Positions 1 to 12,039 of a stretch of 64,000 bases of DNA are shown here, in pieces. The notes beneath the pieces are model-generated. The model had not been told where the DNA came from. It did no database searches and saw nothing but the letters and a program-made list of their open reading frames with translations. How positions within the stretch are numbered: the stretch's first letter is position 1; each line of letters begins with the position of its first letter. Source of the DNA: Octopus vulgaris. Lineage: Eukaryota. The translations under genes were made by a program, and so were the position numbers. The stretch spans positions 18,290,001-18,354,000 of the forward strand of contig OX597818.1 in the NCBI GenBank assembly GCA_951406725.2, written 5' to 3'.

Positions 1-72
1 AGTACGCACTAAGGATATTGACCTTTAAATTTTGGGGGAAAAAATGCGGATTATACTCGAGAATTTACGGTA
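1..72. mobile_element. Right end of pogo/Tigger-like DNA transposon or MITE
   Basis: Ends TTATACTCGAGAATTTACGGTA, the same terminal repeat as the MITE ending at 34224, followed by TA. Confidence 0.55.
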
Positions 73-539
73 TATATAAGTATATTCTGCTCGAGATTTC
101 ATCTTCCATGTCTCGGTACATATTCTCTGTGTCCCAAGTAAACGTAATCCTCGATTTTCTCACTTCCAATCTCTATTCAGCCTCATGTTGTTTTCGAGCT
201 GCATGTATTTTACTTCCAAGCATTCATTTTCAAGCTACTCATGAACTATGAGTGTCCAGCTCTGTCTGCGCGACCTGCAGCTGATTTGTAGTGTTCGGCG
301 AATTTTACAATATTATTTGCGAATCGGAGTTGTGTTAGTCACCCGCCGTTGTTGTTCACGCACCTGTCTGGTCGAGTGTTTTTAAAGACCATTTTCTAGA
401 CATGCAACGAAGAGCTTTGAAGAGATGGTGCCTTCCTACTTGGAACTTTTACTGGTGGCGAAAGCAGAGTTGCATGTGTGCGTATATATATAAGTTAAAT
501 ATAACTCTTTATCACAGTTCCGTTTTTACATTACTGATA

Positions 540-830
540 TGTTATATCCTTAAGCCTCCAGTATCGTTGTACAGTTGATGTTGTTGACGATAGATAAAGA
601 ATACACTGTAACAGTGTTATAACAATACAAAATAGAAACAGCGGCAGTAACAAACAATCTTTTACAAAACAAAAATTAATATTTCTAACACACTAACTCG
701 AACTGTAAACTGTACCTGGACTTCGAAGACCAAACTACGAACTGCTCTGCTGATTACGTCAGACCACTACTATTAATATGTAGTGGTCCCGTCTATTCTC
801 GTCAGGGAGTGTCGTACTCTCGCCACAATA
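540..830 (-). repeat. 3' LTR of the Gypsy element
   Basis: Aligns with 4446-4643 plus 5655-5740; adjacent to the polypurine tract. Confidence 0.9.
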
Positions 831-872
831 TCTCCCCTTTTGAGATTTCGATTTCCAAAGGAACAAAGAAAT

Positions 873-876
<4 letters not shown>

Positions 877-929
<53 letters not shown>
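877..929. repeat. (TTA)n microsatellite
   Basis: Directly visible; produces spurious poly-Y and poly-L ORFs. Confidence 0.95.
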
Positions 930-930
<1 letters not shown>

Positions 931-1399
931 TAGTATTTTTTCGCTTGGGCCTTATCGCAAGGTGTTCTGTCTGCTTCTGTTTTCTCATGCTGGTTCTACG
1001 AGACTCCATTACTTCAATGCTGGGACATCAAATACATCAAAAATTACTTCCATAGGAATTTCTCTCCCTTCTTCTGTATGTCTCTTATTTAGCTGTTTTA
1101 TGTGTCTCCTACGTTCCCAGCGTGGTCCTTTAATATGATACATCATACTTCCTTATTTTTTGGTTACAAGGCCATTCTCTCAGCCTTTTTTTAAAATCAT
1201 TTCTGTAGGTTTTAAAATGCTCTTTATCTCCGTTGCATCTTTCGTACATCCTTTACATCTTTTTTTCCTCTGACAATAACTTATCTAAAATCGATTCTAT
1301 TCTTCTCACGAACATCAACACTGCAGGTGACTTACCTGAATATTTACTTGGATTGGGGGCTACTCTATATACCCTTAAGAAATTTGTTAGTGTTTTGTC

Positions 1400-3700
1400 G
1401 TTACTTAATTCGTTCTTAGCTTTTCTTAACGCTCTTTTGAATGTTCACGAATCTTTCTATCTGCGCATTTAACCTCGGGTGGTAGGGTGGAGTGAAAATA
1501 TGCTTTATCGCATGCATTTTACAGAAGTTCTTGAATTTATACCTCGAGAATTGCATTCCATTATCAGAAACTAACGTATCTGGAATACCGTATCACGTAA
1601 TCAATTCATATAGGAACTTCATAGTCTTAGTGATTCGTTTATTGCACCTGCATACCTCTGACCACTTTGTACAGCTGTCTATCACGATTAGATTGTAAGC
1701 CCCGTTTACCGGTCCGGCCTAATCGATATGTAACCTAGACTATGGGTTCTCAGTCTCCGGCCACGATTGATGTTTTACCGGCGAGGCTTTGGTCGCGAGC
1801 GCGCAATCTCGACAAGTTCTCACTGAATTTTCGACATCCCGGTCCATAGTCGGCCAACAGACGTAGCTCCTTATCAGAGCTTTCATCCTCGACATTCCCG
1901 GGTGTCAGCTGTGTAATTGCTGCAATACACGTTTTGTAGTCAGTACATCAGAATATCGTCGCATATTGAGAAACTACTCCAATTTGTATTTTTATTCTAC
2001 TTTTTAAAGCTTCTTTCATTTTTGTAATATACTCATCGCTTACAGTTTTCACTCTTATATCTTGTGCAGTCACTGGCAGTTCTTGGATAACATTAGTCAT
2101 AATACTTTTTATTTCATTTTCTGCCAGCAGTGTGGCTATCACGGTATCTTCTAGTGGTTCCGTATTTTTGGGAATTAGACTCGACAAACAGTTCTCATGA
2201 CCAATTTTTTTCTATGGAATATACTGCATTTTGAAGTTGTAATTTAGTAATATTATACCCCAACGTTGTAGTCGGTTCGCTGTATAGGTAGGTAAACTTT
2301 TCTTTGACCCATAAATTGATAGCAATGTTCGATGATCTGTTTGTAACAGAAAACTTCTTCCATGTAGAAACCTGTGAACATTTTTCACACCAAGGATAAT
2401 CGATAGGACTTCTTTTTCTATCTGTATTTTTTTCTCTTTCGCTATTAGCAAGCGCAAAACACGAATCACTGGTTTCGTACTTCCATCCTTATACTTGTGT
2501 AGCAAAACTGCTCATATTCTGTACTTCGAAGCATCAGACGCTATAACAATATCCATTTCAGGATCGAAATGCGCTAGAGACAAATTTGCTATTAGAATGT
2601 TTTTATTTCTTCAAACCTGTTTTGGTGTTTAACCGACTAATTCCACTTTACTTCCTTTTTTAATAAGTCATTCAATGGAGCTCTTAATTTGTACATGCTA
2701 GGTATGTAGATTTGGTAGTAATTTGCCAGCCCAAGAAATGCTTGTAATGTCGGTATATTTGTCGGAGCAGGCATACTCTTTATTGCGTCTGCCTTTGACG
2801 GGTCACACCGTCTACCATTTTTATGAGTTATTTGCCCCAAGTACTTAATTTGAGGCAAAACGAATTCGTATTTTTCATCACTCAAAGTGAATCCGTACTC
2901 TTCAATTTTCTTGAACACAGCTTTTATATGCTCCACATGCTGTTCACACGTATTACTGTTAATCAATATATCGTCCAAATAAAGGATTGCAGATTCGCAA
3001 TAAGATAACATAGCGCCCATGATATGCTGAAATATTGCCGGTGCAACATTTAATCCAAAAGGTAACCGGATGTATCTATTCACTCCTCAATGTGTATTTA
3101 TTGTCAGGTACTTTGAGCATTTGTCATTTACCTTAATTTGTAAATAAGCATCAGACAGATCCAATTTGGAGAAAAATTTTCCACCATTTAATTTTGCGAA
3201 AATGTCTTGTAGAAAAATCGGCACACAGCCTTATCTTTTTCCTTTTTTAATGCACACCATGGGTGCCGCCCACTTAGAGTAATCCACCGTTACCTTTTTT
3301 GATGATCCCACACTTTTCCAGCCTGTCCAATTCTTCATTTGTCATTTCAATTGCCGCGAACTGTACTTTTCTGTTACATTTAAATACAGGCATAACGTTT
3401 TCACTCACTTGAAAGCAGGCTTCAGTCTTTTTACATAGACCTAAGTTCTCCGATAGAACTTGAAACATCTTTTAAAATTTTTCTTTCAATTCCTCAGACG
3501 ATTTATTTTTAACGGGACAACCATTTTGCTGTAGATACTTATGGAGAGGTGCCATAATTCAAATAACTCCAACCAATCTGTACCAAACAGATTGATTGTA
3601 TTCTCCACAATGAATATTTTTGCTTCGCGTGTTTCTTCTCGAAATGTGACGTCTGTACACACTTCGTCCATGAAATGTAATTTATCGTCTGTCACGCCAC
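1400..3700 (-). pseudogene. Gypsy pol pseudogene (partial protease, RT, RNase H, integrase)
   Basis: RT motifs RLPFGLNVAPAIFQ, YLDD, YLG, FLGLANYY (2637-3083). RNase H EKE...GRSFLLQTDHR...RLQRW (2212-2505). Integrase zinc-binding region (HPG..RMKALIRSYV) near 1800-1930. Multiple stops and frameshifts. Confidence 0.9.
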
Positions 3701-4395
3701 GCGCAATTTTCGCTGTTTTACGCAGGTTTACCATTGTTTGACATTCTTCTGCAGTGGTCTGCAGGGTTAAGTTTTGGTTCGCTTGCTCCATTTTTGAGAG
3801 TATCCTTGCCCGAATTTCTCTATCTTCGGTTGCCAAAAGGCCTTGTACGAAGATAAAGGATTTAAACATATCATGAATGAGCTCCTGAAGTTTAAAGTTT
3901 TCACACATGCGGTTAACTTATCCGGTGTGTATAATAAAGTCATCATTGTTTTTTTTTTTTTGTTAAGTTCCAATACTCCATTCGAGTGTTAAATAATGAA
4001 ATTTTGTCACAAAAGATCTTTGATAGTAATTCAATAGTTTCTTGGAAACATATCTCACTTGACTTTTTCGGCAGCGTTCATGCTCGGTTGGACCTAACTT
4101 GCGTAGTAATAGCCTCACTTTCTCCTCATCCAACAATGACTTGCAATCTTTGTTAAAAATTTCCTTCCTACCTTCTATGGTACACTGGAAACGTAATGCC
4201 TTCCGCCAGATTGTTAGTGAATTCAGAAATTGAGTCGCCACTCCGCCTGGCGTAAACGAACTTACCGAATTTTTGGACTTCCTTGACTGTAACTCAGTTA
4301 ACTGTTGTTGTTGTAATATTTACTTCTGCTACTCCTTTAGTTGTTCCTGTTGCTTCTCTTGAATCTATATTGCTGCAGATAATTGGTTCTCCATA
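3700..4395 (-). pseudogene. Gypsy gag remnant
   Basis: Fragments EEKVRLLLRKLGPTEHER and FVQGL...DREIRARILSKME resemble invertebrate Gypsy gag; frameshifted. Confidence 0.7.
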
Positions 4396-4643
4396 ACTTA
4401 ATACTGTGCATGACGCACAAACTGTCAAATACGCTCGTTGCTAGATGTTATATCTTTAAGCCTCCAATATCGTAGTACGGTTGATATTGTCGATGATAGA
4501 TAAAGAAATACACTGTAACAGTGTTATAACAATGCAAAATAGAAACAGCGGCAGTAACAAACACGTAACGAACCAACAATCAATGCTTCCAACACACTAA
4601 CTCGGACTGTAAACTGTACCTAGACTTCAAAGACCAAATTCGA

Positions 4644-5654
4644 TGATTTTTTTTCAAACCACAAGGGCTAAACAAAGAGGCGACAATTCACGGGACAAAT
4701 GGCGTCGGGGACTTCTCGAATATTACATATATGAATAAATACATTATAGCTTCTGATGAAAATGAAAAGAAAATGAATGGACGCGGAATGGGTTGACCCC
4801 ACCAACCACATTCCTGCGTCGAAACGTTTACTTCGTCCTTTATTTTTTTTTACTCTGCTTCATTAGGCACTTACATAGCCAATATTCGAGCTACTTTCTC
4901 CCATCTTTTTTTCATACTTTTTTGACGTCAGGGATTTCTTCTCCAGACCTGCTTTCCCCATTAGGTGATATAAAAAGAGGTTAACCAAAACATGCCTGGA
5001 GACGAAAGTGCCTCATGCGACACCTCTTCCACGAGTCTTCCCTATCATCTCTTTCGCTATATTTATTTCGACTAGAAAGCAGAATTTCTTTTCTCCTTTT
5101 AGAGGAGACGGCGGAACAATCTTGATAATCGATTCGGCTGACATCTGTACTCTCCCCACTTGTGACAGTACACGTTCGGTAGAAACCCACATGTCCGAGA
5201 GACTTGGAAACTGTACGATTGCATGCAGAACAATTTCGTTGCTCTGCCCGCAACGTGAACACGTAGGCGAAGCCGTGATGCCGTGCCTCGTGAGTTTATC
5301 CCAAACTGGCAAAGCACTTCGGAAGCACAGCCAAGCCAGGGACCTCTGGAAGTTGTCCATAGGTCCCGGGCAGAAAGTCCTTCGATGCAGGTTGGCAAGA
5401 TGACTTTCATAGAAACCCAGAGTCTCCCCTAGGCCGTCATCACACTTACCCTCTACCAGCCCTCTATAGTACGCCGAGGTGGTATCCCCTCCGCCGGCAT
5501 TGCTCGTTCGGGAGAGAAGCACGAATGCCTATCGATACTCTGCTTGCTAAGCTCCTAGCCTTCGTCTACGCCTGATCCGGCATTCCAGTTCACCAAAAGA
5601 GGTGAACCTGGGAAATATCTCATCAACGAACGGAGACCACACCCGCTCACCGTC
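4644..5654 (-). mobile_element. 5'-truncated L1/Tx1-type LINE 3' end inserted in the Gypsy 5' LTR
   Basis: ORF 5013-5522 has a zf-RVT-like motif (W...RSALPV.DKL.RHG...PTCSRCGQSNEIVLHAIV). Poly-T at about 4647-4654 is the A-tail. The LTR sequence resumes after 5654. Confidence 0.8.
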
Positions 5655-5968
5655 CACTGCCGATTACGTCAGACTGTTACAATTTATATGTAGTGGTCCT
5701 GTCTATTCTCGTCAGGGAGTGTCGTGCTCTTGCCACAACAGGATATAAGCTGATGGCTGTGCGTGCTTGTGTCTAGGTTGTCTCCGGTCGTCATATGTGT
5801 GTACATGCATCTTTCGTCTGCGTGAATATAGGTATGTGAGTGTGTGTGTGTGTGTGTGTGTATGTGTGTGTGAGTGTGTGTGTGTGTGTTTGTGCGTGCG
5901 TGCATGACAACTTTAATCCATGCCAGAAAGTATCGTGAATGAGTATCTCAGCATACATATGAATATAT

Positions 5969-6140
5969 AGGCGCAGGAGTGGCTGTGTGGTAAGTAGCTT
6001 GTTTACCAACCACATCGTTCCGGGTTCAGTCGCACTGCGTGGCACCTTGGGCAAGTGTCTTCTACTACAGCGTCGGGCCGACCAAAGCCTTGTGAGTGGA
6101 TTTGGTAGACGGAAACTGAAAGAAGCTCGTTGTATATATG

Positions 6141-6186
<46 letters not shown>

Positions 6187-6406
6187 AGTGTGTGTTTTTG
6201 TGTCTGTGTTTGTCCCCCTAGCATTGCTTGACAACCGATGCTGGTGTTTTTATGTCCCCGTTACTTAGCGGGTCGGCAAAAGAGACCGATAGAATAAGTA
6301 CTGGACTTACAAAAGAATAAGTCCCGGGGTCGAGTTGCTCGATTAAAGGCGGTGCTCCAGCATGGCCGCAGTCAAATGACTGAAGCAAGTAAAAGAGAGT
6401 AAAGAG
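5969..6406 (+). mobile_element. tRNA-derived CORE-type SINE (Octopus OR/OK-like), full length with internal (TA)n
   Basis: A/B-box-like head GGCGCAGGAGTGGCTGTGTGG...GGTTCAGTC, core ACCTTGGGCAAGTG, tail AAGTAAAAGAG; near-identical copy at 62249-62650. Confidence 0.85.
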
Positions 6407-6529
6407 TTCATAGTGTTGAAGTTGATGTCAAAGAGTAGGGAAGGATGCACTATAGATATCATTGTTTTGACGCTCCCTATGTAGGCACAAACATAATTCT
6501 TTCCCATATTAAATGCACTTCATATTTGA

Positions 6530-6610
6530 GGCTCCGACGACGATATAAGGCGTTATTCGGGCACTCATCTATGAATCCACTACATCTTATAGCAGAAACA
6601 GCCGTAAGCT
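6530..6610 (+). ncRNA. Degenerate minimal type-I hammerhead ribozyme motif
   Basis: GGCT-CCGACGA-[TATAAG...CTTATA]-GAAA-CAGCCG-TA-AGCT. Confidence 0.55.
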
Positions 6611-6709
6611 AATGAAGTTCTTAAGATAATCATTAATCCATCTTTCTTATTTCCACTCTATTCTCAGCTAACACTTCCTACTGAAATAGTCTCGCAATAC
6701 CTAAGCGAA

Positions 6710-6826
<117 letters not shown>

Positions 6827-7244
6827 CACACACAAATACATACACGTACACATACATTCACACACATAGAGTCATACATACATACACGCGCGCGCACGCA
6901 CATATATAGTTACCTCTGTAGTCTGAAGAGATGATTAATAGACCAGTCATCTAGTATGTGATAACATAATTCTTATATGTATAACTCATCATATTGATTG
7001 ATAAAAAAATTCTACTGATCAAAGAATATAATATTGTCATTTAGATTCCTTTGTATCTTTACTTTTATACACTGCAATAAATGTACAAACCACATAATCG
7101 GTACATTTCCCCGGAGTTACAGTTTATACGAAACGTTATTTGGATTAAGTGAACACTTTCTTCTGTTTTTATTCCCTATGCAATATCTTAGCCAATGTTT
7201 CATGTGGAGTGATGACAAGTCTAAATTCCTAAATCTCTCTTGTC

Positions 7245-7290
<46 letters not shown>

Positions 7291-7358
7291 ACCTCGTGTG
7301 TACCGTTGGAGATTTTTTTCCCTCTGTCTTCCCTTCTCTGGATCTTTTCTTCTCCTAT

Positions 7359-7393
7359 GTTTCCGACGAAGAGCTCCGCTCGAAACGTTAAAC
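7359..7393 (+). ncRNA. Minimal hammerhead ribozyme (U4C variant) in a short unit flanked by (TA)n
   Basis: GTTT-CCGACGA-A-GAGC(TCC)GCTC-GAAA-CG-TT-AAAC; unit spans about 7290-7483 and is related to 60420-60560 and 63535-63690. Confidence 0.65.
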
Positions 7394-7479
7394 CCTTCTT
7401 CTTTCCTGAGCGTCCAATAATACTATAACTGTTCCACGTCCTCGCGTTGTTGTGTTTTTTTGTGCTTTCTTGTTTGGAT

Positions 7480-7553
<74 letters not shown>

Positions 7554-8198
7554 ACAGGAATTTGATTGGATTTACTGGATTTCAACTGCATATCAGACTC
7601 TGCATTACACTCCTATGTATTGGTTTACTTTGTGGCATGTAACCGGGTCCATTAAGGACCTTTTTTGTGATTACTGCTGGATTATATGGATCTATATATT
7701 GTGCTTTATATGTATATATATGTATGTGTGTGTATGTGTGTGTGTCTCTCTCTCCATATATATTTATAAAATCTAATAAGGGTAGAAATTGATATTAATA
7801 AATTAAAACCAGTGGCCCAGCATATTAAAAAAATCCGAAGATTAAAATATTTTTACATACAAAATTTAAAGGACTGACCACTAAAAGTGGACGGTCAACA
7901 TGCTAGATATAGACGTCAAATATTTTGGACTAATGGGTATATGTTGGTTAATGTGTTGAAGTGTTGAGTAGAGCACTGGCACAGTTTGGGCTGCCTGATG
8001 TCATCTCCAGTCGGTGTATATTTCCGTTGGATCTACTTCAGGAACTCCGCAGTGTTATATGAGACCTAGACTGCAAAATGGTTGCAACACAGCATATTGA
8101 ACGGAGTCCCACCGATAAGGGACAGTAGCAGGATGGGTAGAAATGACCATTGTCCAAAATAAAGATTAATATCTAATCCATTTTCTGGTTACTTAAGA

Positions 8199-8335
<137 letters not shown>

Positions 8336-8545
8336 TCGCTTTATCACAGGTTTTGTTGGAGCTCTTGGAGACTTGTATACGTAGCAGGCTTACTACATGC
8401 AGCCTACGGTACCATGCTATTCGTTCTTTTCAGCTATCTGATAGTTTCCTGATTATTCTGGTCGTGCCAAGGAGGAAAATCTTTTGTAACAATTCTACTG
8501 GGCATGTATTACAATTTCCTTTATATTCCTCTTGATGTTCCCAAG
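8336..8545 (-). mobile_element. Dong/R4-clade retrotransposon 3' end
   Basis: C-terminal LLQKIFLLGTTRIIRK plus 3' UTR abutting (TAA)n; same subfamily as 58318-58612. Confidence 0.75.
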
Positions 8546-8568
8546 GATCAACTATAAATTTATATAAA

Positions 8569-9000
8569 TATATAGGATCAACTATAAATTTTAAACAACG
8601 ATGTGCTGCGCATCTCAATTCTTTCAGATATGAGAAACACAGTAAATGCACAACACTCGCCAGTCACGCACATCATCTCAACAATAGAAATATTCCCTAT
8701 ATCTTGTCATGGTCCATAATAGATTCAGGGCTTCCAAACCAAGGTCAACTCTCAGCCTGTAAGTTGTGCCTAAAAGAGGGATTCCACATATTAAAACACA
8801 ACTATTTCAATACTATTAAATAAATACAACGAGGCCCAACGTGCATGCAACCAGCGTTTTTTCCATACCTTCAAATTTTACCATATATCTAAATGCAACC
8901 TAAATAATCACACAGTACATATCCCGAACACCACTTAGCTAATCCCCAACAACCTTATTTGACTTTCCATTAAATTTTTAATTCTCCAATCTTATTTTAA
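8569..9000 (+). mobile_element. Penelope-like element 3' part (GIY-YIG endonuclease)
   Basis: Frame starting at 8569, absent from the ORF track, reads YIGSTINFKQRCAAHLNSFRYEKHSKCTTLASHAHHL...WSII...CKLCLKEGFHIL. Confidence 0.8.
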
Positions 9001-9155
9001 TTGTTTAACACTACACATATGGGCATACATACGCGTGCGTATGCGGATGTATATGCGTATGTATATGTATATGTGTGTGTGTGTGTGCGCGTGTATGTGT
9101 GTGTATGTGTGCATATATGCATGTATATGTGCGCACGTGTATGCGTATATGCATG

Positions 9156-9196
<41 letters not shown>

Positions 9197-10354
9197 GTGT
9201 GTGTGATTGTGTATAGAAGAATATATTAATAAAAGGAATTCCAACCTTGTCTGATTTTACGTTTTATTTACAATCTTATAATGATATATTATAAGATAAT
9301 ATATTATAATTGAATAAAATAAAATGAAATAGTAGAATGTTAAATGTTCATTCTGATTGAACTAGTACTTTCATGCATTGAATTCTTCAATCTTCGGGTT
9401 CATGTAGTAGTGGTGACAGTCATGCTTCACAATTTTTGACTGTAGCAAGATGATTGATTCTGTGCTATAAATACAGCTGGGTAGGCTCCAGAATGCTAGG
9501 TTTTGCAAAGTGTATTCTGACCAATTAGTGTGTAGTATCACTCAATTACTTAAGCTGATTGGTTGGTTGAGCTGATTGGTTTAGGCATCACGCTTTGTTT
9601 GACATGTCAAGAGTCCTGTATCTTGACCCTGGCCGAAGTAGCAATTGTTGGGTTATTTTTAGAAATGTTGTAAATATCCTTTGTCAGAGATTTTTATATT
9701 TTTATATTTCAATTGTCATCATCATCATTGTCAGCACCTTAATTATTGTTGCTAGTGGTGATGGTGGTGGCAATAAAACTTTTAACCCTAAATAAGATAA
9801 TTTTCCTGCTATCTTCATCTTGATCACCTTTAGTATTGTTGTTGTTGTTAGTGGTCATGGTCGTAGCAGTGGAAGTAGTACCTCTAAGTATTATTATTAT
9901 TGCTTATTCAGCTTGGGTTCGAATTTATCAATAAAATTCTTTTCTCTGATTCTCCTCTCGATTTCACTTGGGCTGTGTAATTTGTATGTATGATTGTGTG
10001 TGCATCTGTGTGCATGAATGCGTATGTGTGTATATATATATGTGCGTGTATATGTATGTGTGTGTATGTGTCTATATATATGCATGCCTGCGTACGGGTT
10101 TAAATACACAAGTACTCAGGCCTATATAATAATACATACACACACGTATATGTACATGTGTGCGTGAGTATATCGATATACACTTCTTTCTTTCTGGTCC
10201 CTCTACCCTTACTATCGCATTATTTATAAGTCTATTTATAGAGACTTGACCATTCTTGGTACCCTTCCCTTCCGTTTTGTAGTTTACTACTCACTTTAGA
10301 ACACACCACCTCCTATAGCTTTATTTAAGGTTAGGGTTAGGGTTAAGGTGTTGA

Positions 10355-10560
10355 GTGGCAGAATCTTTAGCACGGTGGACAAAATGCTCAACAGCATTTC
10401 TTTCGGCTCTTTATCTTTTGGCTTCAAATTCTGCCGAGCTTAACTTTGCTTTTTGTCCTTTCGGAGTCGATAAAATAAGTACCAGTTGAACACTGGTGGC
10501 AGATGTAATCGATTTATTTCACTCTTAATTTATTGATCTTGAGCCAAAGTTTGAAGCCAT
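10355..10560 (+). mobile_element. Degenerate Meta-domain SINE
   Basis: Contains ACTTTGCTTTTTGTCCTTTCGGAGTCGATAAAATAAGTACCAG. Confidence 0.7.
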
Positions 10561-11130
10561 TTCTTACAGTGTTTTGCTCATTTAGAAGGGGGGAATGTGT
10601 TTGAAAAGTGGATGCATTACTTGAAATTGCAACACTGATGCAATGCGACTGGCTATTATTTTAAATCCCTGATGCAACCAATTTGTTACTTGCTAGAGTT
10701 ATTTTGCACCATTTTTGATGGTTTACGTTAAATGCAAATTTTTGTATAAGTATTTGTTTCCTGTTGCTTTTCTATTTTTTGGTTTATTATCTTATTCTTG
10801 TAGCTGAATTATACTTCAATTGTGTATAACGTTGGTGATTCGTGTTATCTTTAATTTTGGTTATCAGCATGGCTATTTTAGTAGTTTATTTGGAGGAGTT
10901 GTATGTTTTTATGTTGCCTTATCAGATTTGTTTGAAAACGTCCAAAATGATTTGCTTGAATGTATGTAATGCCGTATCTATATTGGTAAATATCGTGGTT
11001 TGGAATTCTGTGAAATATAATTATTGTTTTTCAGAATCCATTTCACTGGAATTTTACGGAGAATTTGTGAAATTTCTTCGTGCTGTGTTTCGTGGGATGG
11101 GGTACGTTTGTATCAATTGAGGCCATCGTT
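10560..11130 (-). mobile_element. Highly decayed Penelope-like RT thumb/linker fragment
   Basis: IPRNTARR resembles the PLE thumb motif IP..LARRICTI; many stops. Confidence 0.35.
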
Positions 11131-12039
11131 GTCGATGTTATTGCTTTTACTTTTGTCGTTGTTGTTGTTTCGCCTCATGTAGGCCCTAATCCAGAAAATA
11201 TATGATCAAAGAGTTTTAAGTCGTGATTATCCCATCTCTTTTATTTCAGACATTGGGATCATGTTATTTAATGTAAGCTTTCTTCTTTAAAATAGTTGGG
11301 TGTTATTTGAGAGACATTTGGCTGCTATTTCTAAAATATCAGCCGATCGCATAGGGACTCTGTCGTTGTTTATTTGTGAGTGTCAGCTTCATTCTAGAGG
11401 TACACATACATTATAAACGTTCTTTTTGTTGTCTAATTTTAAGCAGAGTCATCACCTTTGAACTTTTCTCAGTTTTGATCTGTTTCTTAATCTCAGAATT
11501 GACCTGCTTCTTCATATCTTCGTTCTTCAGGGTCGATATATCATTGTTTGACCTGTGTTACATGATTATCCCGTCGTTGGTTTTGGCATTTTGTAACTAG
11601 GACTTCTTGCAACTACCTAAAGCCTGTCTATAATTGTGACACACATAGCTATACACAAACCTCAGTTGTTAATGTTGTTCGGACCCGGGTCAGCCTTGAT
11701 CGAGCAGGCATATAATGGAGACATAGTACCACATTGCTATCCAACCTGTTCTTTTCTAAGACGGTCAAATTTGCAGGAGAATTGACTGCTATTTCTTGCA
11801 AGTTGAGTTGTCAAGTACAGACTCGAGAAGTTTCATATGTATTCGTACTATGAGTCATTGGCTTCCACTCTAGATTATTACTAGTACAACGTTTGATGTT
11901 TTCAATGGCTGAATTTTATGGTTCAGAGGAATAAATGATGATTAACACTTTATCGCTTTAAATATTGCCTCATACACCGACATATATATATTACTATTAA
12001 TGGTATAGTTGTTTTTCTTATTTCGATTTTGTACTTTAA

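Larger units (their letters stand above)
540..5740 (-). mobile_element. Decayed full-length Ty3/Gypsy LTR retrotransposon
   Basis: Paired LTRs beginning TGTTATATC (540-830; 4446-5740, interrupted). Near-identical 5-bp TSD TGATA/GGATA. PPT AAAAGGGGAGA (minus, 831-841) and degenerate PBS at 4431-4445. Gag-PR-RT-RH-IN remnants in Gypsy order. Confidence 0.92.

Noticed and set aside
6920-6960. CTGAAGA-GATGA/TCATC hairpin
   Set aside because: No GAAA, stem III or stem I follows; at most a half-motif.
11318-11335. GCTAGAAATAGC-like motif resembling the Cas9 sgRNA scaffold
   Set aside because: It is a short, imperfect match with no other scaffold parts and belongs to an endogenous repeat motif.
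11410-11555. K/E-rich minus-strand reading frame (SNNDISTLKNEDMKKQ...)
   Set aside because: It is short, low-complexity and has no recognisable domain; probably a TE ORF1 remnant.
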